Below are positions 58,684 to 64,000 of a stretch of 64,000 nt of DNA, piece by piece. The DNA is from a virus (taxonomy: Duplodnaviria; Caudoviricetes): IMG/VR virus record IMGVR_UViG_3300014204_000002, positions 64,001-128,000 of that record; one strand, written 5' to 3'. Under the pieces are notes generated by a model that worked only from the letters and a program-made list of their open reading frames with translations, had not been told where the DNA came from and searched no databases. A program made the translations under genes and the position numbers. Numbering within the stretch: position 1 is the first letter of the stretch; each line of letters starts with the position of its first letter.

Positions 58684-58717
58684 CGTAATTTGGTAAATTT
58701 TACATGGATGAAACAAC

Positions 58718-59203
58718 ATGGCAAGAAACACCGCACAAACAATCGAAAAATCGCCCGCTGCTACAAGGGCACGACGAACGACCACCCGAAAATTAGAACA
58801 GGCTCCGCGCTCGAATAGAGGACGCAAGGCCGAGGCAATTAAGGAATTCATACCGCCGACTACGACCGCAAAGCGCTACCGAACACGAAAAGATTACGTT
58901 GGCGAGGGCTGGAAGGCTACTGTCGATGAGGCAAAACCATCATTGAGCAAGCGGGTCGCGGCAAAATTCGAGGCTACCGAAACCGCCATTAAGGCAAAGG
59001 AGGCCGTTAAACAGGAGAAGCCGGAATCGCCACAGTTAACGATCACGAATGAACTATCTGGCCCAACTGATCAGACGCTCGCGTATAATATTGCCGAAAT
59101 GTGCAACAAGTACGTCTTTCTGATGAAGGACATCTTTGGCGGGCAGGGCGGTATCGCAGAAATAGACATTCACATAAAGGTAAAGCCCGTGAGCGTATCA
59201 TGA
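58718..59203 (+). CDS. Protein with very basic Ala/Thr/Arg-rich N-terminus (possibly nucleic-acid-binding)
   Basis: ATRARRTTTRK...PRSNRGRK...KRYRTRK. Confidence 0.6.
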   Translation: MARNTAQTIEKSPAATRARRTTTRKLEQAPRSNRGRKAEAIKEFIPPTTTAKRYRTRKDYVGEGWKATVDEAKPSLSKRVAAKFEATETAIKAKEAVKQEKPESPQLTITNELSGPTDQTLAYNIAEMCNKYVFLMKDIFGGQGGIAEIDIHIKVKPVSVS

Positions 59204-59339
59204 GAAAGCCCATAGACATGACACGAGTAATCATCGGTATAAGTTTCATCCTGATTGGGGTTGCGGCAATAGCGTTCCAATGGTGAAGTGAGACAGTAAA
59301 CTGAAAGTGGTCCGTGGCACGATAAAAGACGGCTAGCCC

Positions 59340-59415
59340 TCTATAACAAAAAAGAAAGAAGAACTTTCTCTTCTGTTAGGTTGGCATCATTTAGTTGTGT
59401 CTACAACCTTATAAA
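59340..59415 (-). ncRNA. Dispersed promoter-hairpin element, copy 5
   Basis: TTTATAAG-N7-ACACAACTAAATGATGC...TAACAGAAGAGAAAG/CTTTCTTTTTTGTTATAGA on the minus strand. Confidence 0.6.
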
Positions 59416-59503
59416 ACTTTTTATTTAAATTTTTATAGTTGTGTTTAATGTAATTGTATCTGGAATAACAACATTAATAAACGTATACATCATATAGATA
59501 TGT

Positions 59504-60493
59504 ATGGAAATTAATCAGGATTTGATTAATGAGTATATTTCTGGTAAATCAATCAGGAAATTAGTTGTTGAATATGGAATATCTGATCATTTTATAGACA
59601 AAATGCTCAAACAGGCAGGTGTCACAAAGCGACCAAAGACAGTTTCTCGTGATGTTGTGCTTAAGATGATTGACGAATACAAAAATGGTGATAGTGCTCT
59701 GAAGATTGGTGCTCGATACGGAGTATCTGATACATCTGTGTTTAGGACGCTAAAAAAGAATGGTGTAAACATAAGGGCGTTGAAGTACGCAAAGCGACAT
59801 TTTCCGATTGATGAGCACTTCTTTGACAATATAGATTGTGAAGAAAAGGCATATGCATTTGGATTATTGTTTGCAGATGGTTGTAAAAGAGACGGAGAGA
59901 ATTGTGTAGCAATCACACTAAAAGAAGATGATCATGATATATTGCAACACGTAAGTGAGTTGATTCAACCGGGTGCTACTGTGCGATTCTGTGACAGGAG
60001 TAATTGTAAAGATAGTGCAAATAGAAGAAGTCAATACAAGATTGAGTTATGGAATGATATCATTTCAAATACGCTCGTTTCTTATGGTCTTATACCAAGA
60101 AAGAGTTTAGTTAAACAGTTTCCAGAAGTAATATTAAATTCTAATGAAGATATTATTCGATGGTTCATAAGAGGATATTTTGATGGTAATGGATCAATAT
60201 TTTGTGTCTATACTGGAATAAATATTCGAAGTGCGCGAGTTTCTATATCATCGACGTTGGAAATGTGTCATACTATGGAAGATATTTTTATTAAGTATAT
60301 TAATAGTCATGATTTTACAATTACGACGAGGCATGAGGTTAACAATTTTGACATGTCGTGTTCGACTATTGAGGGATCTCTAAAGTTTTGTAATTGGTTG
60401 TATAAAGATGCAACCATTTTCATGCCTCGTAAGTATTTCAAATATAGAGCATTAGTTTATAGAATAGGTGAAAACAATGACAAATCAATTTAG
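59504..60493 (+). CDS. Free-standing LAGLIDADG homing endonuclease with HTH repeats
   Basis: AYAFGLLFADG and FIRGYFDGNG; shares FFDNID.EEKAY, ITLKEDD, TLVSYG..P.KSL and WLY.DATI with 18218..19399. Confidence 0.85.
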   Translation: MEINQDLINEYISGKSIRKLVVEYGISDHFIDKMLKQAGVTKRPKTVSRDVVLKMIDEYKNGDSALKIGARYGVSDTSVFRTLKKNGVNIRALKYAKRHFPIDEHFFDNIDCEEKAYAFGLLFADGCKRDGENCVAITLKEDDHDILQHVSELIQPGATVRFCDRSNCKDSANRRSQYKIELWNDIISNTLVSYGLIPRKSLVKQFPEVILNSNEDIIRWFIRGYFDGNGSIFCVYTGINIRSARVSISSTLEMCHTMEDIFIKYINSHDFTITTRHEVNNFDMSCSTIEGSLKFCNWLYKDATIFMPRKYFKYRALVYRIGENNDKSI

Positions 60494-61403
60494 GCCAGTA
60501 ACACTTGATAATTTTATTACAAGTAGTAGCATTAAAGATGTAATTAAATTTACAATGGGATCGGCAAAGAAACAAAAGATATCGTTCCCGCATACGTTAA
60601 TTACGTCTATGCCAGGATGTGGGAAGACCACGCTGGCACATATAATTTCTAACGAAATGGAGGTTAATATCAGGACATTGATGGGGCCATCTATTAAAGA
60701 TGGAGACGATATATCAAATGCATTTGTGGGGCTTAAAGACAAGGATATTTTATTCATTGATGAAATTCATGCCGTAAAGAAGCAGTTTCAGGAGATGCTG
60801 TATTCGGCAATGGAGGATAGATTTGTTCCAAAACGAGTGGATGATCACACATTTAATTATAAAATTAAAGATGTGACATTGATTCTCACGACAAATGAAT
60901 CGTCAAACTTGCCCGGTCCACTGGTAGATCGATGCAGACTCAAAATCAAGCTTGACAATTATAGTAACGATGATATTGCTACAATTATTAAGGCGAATGC
61001 AGTAGTTATTGGCATAGACATTACTGATGATGCGGCACTCATGCTTGCAGGTGTGTGTCGTGGCGTTCCTCGTGTAGCAATTAACAATCTGATCACGGTC
61101 AAAGATTATGTAATTGATGCCGGGATAAAAGTGATCACAGTAGATGTGCTCAAGGGAGCTCTTGGAATTATGGGCGTGGATCAATATGGTCTTACTGAAA
61201 TAGATCGGCGCATCCTGCATACGCTATTCAATGCCAAGAAATTGAGCAAAGAGTCACTTGCATCAATGATTGGATACAATCCTGATATCATCGAAAAGGA
61301 ATATGAGCCATATCTCATGATCCAAGGGCTTATGATCAGATCGTCAAAAGGTAGGATGCTATCCGAAAAAGGTTGGACTATGATTGCCGATGAGTTGATC
61401 TAA
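60477..61403 (+). CDS. ruvB: Holliday junction branch-migration ATPase RuvB
   Basis: FRPVTLDNFI, PGCGKTTLAHII, LFIDEIH, LYSAMED, RGVPRVA, YEPYL...GR. Confidence 0.9.
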   Translation: MTNQFRPVTLDNFITSSSIKDVIKFTMGSAKKQKISFPHTLITSMPGCGKTTLAHIISNEMEVNIRTLMGPSIKDGDDISNAFVGLKDKDILFIDEIHAVKKQFQEMLYSAMEDRFVPKRVDDHTFNYKIKDVTLILTTNESSNLPGPLVDRCRLKIKLDNYSNDDIATIIKANAVVIGIDITDDAALMLAGVCRGVPRVAINNLITVKDYVIDAGIKVITVDVLKGALGIMGVDQYGLTEIDRRILHTLFNAKKLSKESLASMIGYNPDIIEKEYEPYLMIQGLMIRSSKGRMLSEKGWTMIADELI

Positions 61404-61876
61404 ATGGCAGCCGATATTGCTAAATTTATTTGCATTGCAATTTCTGAAACTATGACAATTCCGAGGGTTGTTGGTGAGGCTGATACCGAGGACGTCATAT
61501 TGCACAAGATGGTTGACGCACAGTCGCGATCTCCACATCTGGAATATGCAGTGTATGAAAGGAAGAAGTTTAAGAAGCGTTACGACAAATGAATAATGGA
61601 GGTAGAATGACTGACGAAATAAGTATACCGAAAGTGAAGGTAGTAATGAAGCGATCTGATGTTATGCGAAAATACAATGGAAAGCCGTGTGTTCTAGCGC
61701 GATCTTATCCATGCAAGGTTGAGAATTGCTCACTTGCTCGGTGTGATCGATTGCAGGCATATGAAGAGGCCGGAACAACAGTTAGTAAACCTCCGAACAA
61801 TTGGAAAGGTAAATCAAACGATTCAGCGAGGGCAATAGCAGCAATTGACAGGCTATATAGAAAGAAACTACCTTAA
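61404..61876 (+). other. Two small hypothetical genes (61404..61592, 61589..61876)
   Basis: Coupled ORFs; second has C...C...C...C. Confidence 0.5.
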
Positions 61877-62031
61877 TAAAAGATAAACAATCAAATTTTA
61901 AAGGAGGAATTTATATAACAAAGAAGCATGGGACAAATAGTGACAAGCGCGAGCCTGTAAAACGAAACATTACATTTGACAAGATCAGGAAAGAAGTATC
62001 TGATGGATTTATCAATGGGTTAAATGAGCAA

Positions 62032-62391
62032 GTGGAATTTACCAGCAGGCCGGAACTTAAAAAGTTTATGGGGCTTGGTTCGTTTGATTTCCATGCTCGT
62101 TATGGTTATAAGTCTACCTTGGTTAATGGGATACCAGTGGCGTGCCTGAAAGATGTTAGGGATCCATTAACCCATGATATTTTGACCAATCATGTCTGGG
62201 TAAGATTAAATGAGCGTAATTCAAAGATGCTTGATCATTTGAAGAAGGAGTCACCGATACGAGTCAGGGCAAAAGTAGTGAATTACAACGGTGAGAAGAT
62301 TGGCATCAAGATCGATTATATTAATCTCGTCAGGGGGCAGCGAAATTATACGATTGCATCGAAGCAGGTGGATCATGGCAAAGAAGAGTAG
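62032..62391 (+). CDS. Hypothetical protein (OB-fold-like)
   Basis: CLKDV...LTNHVW...RVRAKVVNY pattern. Confidence 0.55.
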   Translation: MEFTSRPELKKFMGLGSFDFHARYGYKSTLVNGIPVACLKDVRDPLTHDILTNHVWVRLNERNSKMLDHLKKESPIRVRAKVVNYNGEKIGIKIDYINLVRGQRNYTIASKQVDHGKEE

Positions 62392-62842
62392 CGTTTATGG
62401 TGTAGTAAATAATATGCAGTTGATTCTTATCGTGGGGCAAAATTACAAATTGCAATTGAATTACTTTCATTATAAGACGATCACGGACAAGAATAAGCAG
62501 TGGGTGCCTGTTTGTAATTCGTCTGTTACCAATGATGAGGCATATAATACATATGTCCTTGGTTACGAAAAAATAGAAGATCAATGGGGCTATTGGAAAA
62601 ACAAGGATGCAAAGTTTCTCACGACCCAGTATGGCCCCTCTCTCTTTATAAACAAGGATAAGCATGAAGTGTACTGGGTATATAGGCGTAATATAGACTT
62701 CAAGGCAACACAGAGACGATTAAAGGATCTTCGAATTATAATGCTTAAAGATTACAAGATGACAGAGGTATCATTTGAGGAAGTGTATAATGCTCACCTA
62801 GGCCGTCATTTGTTTGTGTTGGCAACGGTGGAGTTTTTATGA
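62375..62842 (+). CDS. Hypothetical protein
   Basis: ATG at 62375 after AGGTGG. Confidence 0.55.
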   Translation: MAKKSSVYGVVNNMQLILIVGQNYKLQLNYFHYKTITDKNKQWVPVCNSSVTNDEAYNTYVLGYEKIEDQWGYWKNKDAKFLTTQYGPSLFINKDKHEVYWVYRRNIDFKATQRRLKDLRIIMLKDYKMTEVSFEEVYNAHLGRHLFVLATVEFL

Positions 62843-63255
62843 GCGACAAAATCAAACGGTGCGCATATTGTAAAAAGATACTCGAAGATGATAATCAGAA
62901 GGCATATTGTAATTCTACGTGCGAGGAGTTGCGCAAGATAAAAAATAAGGAGTATTACGAAGCGCACAAAGCAGCAGTTATCAAGCACAATGCTGAATAT
63001 GCAAAGGCTCATCCTGATCTTAGGAGGCAGATTAGTCAGACGTATCGGGATAAGTTAACTCCTGAAGAAATACAAGCAATGAATATTAGTAGGCGCACTG
63101 GAAAGGCTGCATGGGCACGCAAAAATAGAAGGAAGCGAAAGCGAATCCTCAGTATTTCAGTGGAGCAATTGATAGCCAATGAGAAGGAAAAGGCTATTCG
63201 GAGAGCGCTTGGAATTGAGGTTCCCGAAGTGGAGGACGAATTAGACGAAAGTTAA
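62839..63255 (+). CDS. Zinc-binding basic protein
   Basis: CAYC...YCNSTC followed by a basic helical region. Confidence 0.6.
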   Translation: MSDKIKRCAYCKKILEDDNQKAYCNSTCEELRKIKNKEYYEAHKAAVIKHNAEYAKAHPDLRRQISQTYRDKLTPEEIQAMNISRRTGKAAWARKNRRKRKRILSISVEQLIANEKEKAIRRALGIEVPEVEDELDES

Positions 63256-63306
63256 ATGATCACACTAAACAAAACCTTTTTTAATTATGTTACCTGATTA
63301 TTTAAC

Positions 63307-63498
63307 ATGAGTGACGAATGGTCCAAAGTTTTCTGGGATGATTCTTTTGAAGGAGAAGCCCAGGGCGGTATGTTTTTCAAGTCAATGAAATTGGGAAAAT
63401 TTATTAAGGAAACTGAAGAGAAAGGTTTCGTAATTGCCGGAATAAAATTTGATGAATCGAACAAATGTGAGTTAATCTTTAAAAAGCCAGAGGAATGA
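63307..63498 (+). CDS. Small hypothetical protein
   Basis: ORF track. Confidence 0.55.
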   Translation: MSDEWSKVFWDDSFEGEAQGGMFFKSMKLGKFIKETEEKGFVIAGIKFDESNKCELIFKKPEE

Positions 63499-64000
63499 TG
63501 CACCAATCTTGTATTTATCCAGTATATGAAAATTATAATGAGCCACATCGGTATTATCACAATGTGAATCATGTTCAATCGATGCTTAAGGAAGTAGATG
63601 AATTACGGAGAGATCTTGATGTTCACGAGATAGGAATACTGACGAGGGCAATTGTGTATCATGATGTAATATATGATCCACGTAGGCAGGATAATGAAGA
63701 GCGATCTGTTGAGTTCATGCGACAACACTGTTCATTTATGGAAATGGAGGATGTTGCGCGTATTACGCAGTTGATCAGGGCTACTGCGCCATCTACTTAT
63801 GATTCTGATGGGAATGACATGCTGGTTACTTTAATCAGGTATCTCGATTGCAAAACATTGTATGACGAAGACTTGATTCAGATGATGATCAATTTCAAAT
63901 TGTTGCTTAAGGAATTTCAGTTTGTGAATTACAAGACGTTCAGGGATAATCACTTATTGTTTTTTAATTGCTTTTCTTTTCTTTTGGGCATGGATTCGGA
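63495..64000 (+). CDS. HD-superfamily phosphohydrolase (partial, runs off window)
   Basis: Hand translation: YNEPHRYYHNVNH...AIVYHDVIYDPRRQDNEERS; ATGA coupling. Confidence 0.85.
   Translation, partial: MMHQSCIYPVYENYNEPHRYYHNVNHVQSMLKEVDELRRDLDVHEIGILTRAIVYHDVIYDPRRQDNEERSVEFMRQHCSFMEMEDVARITQLIRATAPSTYDSDGNDMLVTLIRYLDCKTLYDEDLIQMMINFKLLLKEFQFVNYKTFRDNHLLFFNCFSFLLGMDS

Noticed and set aside
13179-59390. Dispersed elements as a conserved small-peptide family (ATGATG start)
   Set aside because: Frames give unrelated peptides of 4 to about 40 aa
13169-59400. Dispersed elements as box C/D sRNAs or TIGR-like units
   Set aside because: AUGAUG is followed by C/U rather than A, there is no CUGA D box at the 3' end, copies are not tandem, and no Nop-domain gene was recognised
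63491-63505. AATGATGCACC as a sixth element copy (also partial CAACTAAAT at 47772 and ACTAAATGAT at about 32105 rev)
   Set aside because: These lack the full ACACAACTAAATGATG leader, the TATA spacing and the hairpin; 63495 is simply the HD gene start
1-64000. Genome-wide TAG recoding
   Set aside because: Several genes end cleanly at TAG followed by new starts, and long genes are not fragmented in the standard code
1-64000. Diversity-generating retroelement, integrase/att site or DNA polymerase
   Set aside because: No reverse transcriptase, recombinase or polymerase motifs and no TR/VR pair recognised in this window; they may lie outside it

Overview
This window is part of a head-tail archaeal virus genome (Caudoviricetes, most likely siphovirus-like). 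The host is probably a methanogen of the Methanomicrobia type. This is inferred from TATA-box promoters with leaderless starts, GGAG/GAGGTG ribosome-binding sites, an HMf-type histone, an LVAGC lipobox and an IS605-family tnpB. 1-28.5 kb (minus strand) is the virion module: small terminase, large terminase with two mini-inteins, portal, protease/scaffold, decoration protein, major capsid protein, neck, two paralogous tail tubes, tail chaperones with a putative +1 frameshift, a 2755-aa tape measure and baseplate/tail proteins. It is interrupted by a LAGLIDADG gene and a tnpB element. 28.5-38 kb and 39.5-58 kb hold many small accessory genes: RNase HI, histone, Zn-finger and Cys-rich microproteins, a DUF932-like protein, a pentapeptide-repeat protein, MazG-like proteins, kinases and a bacterial-type CCA/HD nucleotidyltransferase. 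59.5-64 kb holds a second LAGLIDADG gene, ruvB and an HD hydrolase. The most unusual features are non-coding. (i) Five dispersed copies of a promoter-plus-hairpin unit (TATA-N7-ACACAACTAAATGATG...TAACAGAAG/TTTTGTTA) look like an unannotated small-RNA family. (ii) A 1.2-kb gene-free tract at 38.1-39.3 kb consists of successive arrays of different short palindromes with periods of 60, 16, 10, 21 and 17-18 nt, located where strand composition flips. (iii) Two long structured leader or ncRNA regions. (iv) Distinct promoter classes and a clustered operator motif. All family assignments come from motif recognition and gene order by eye; no database searches were run.
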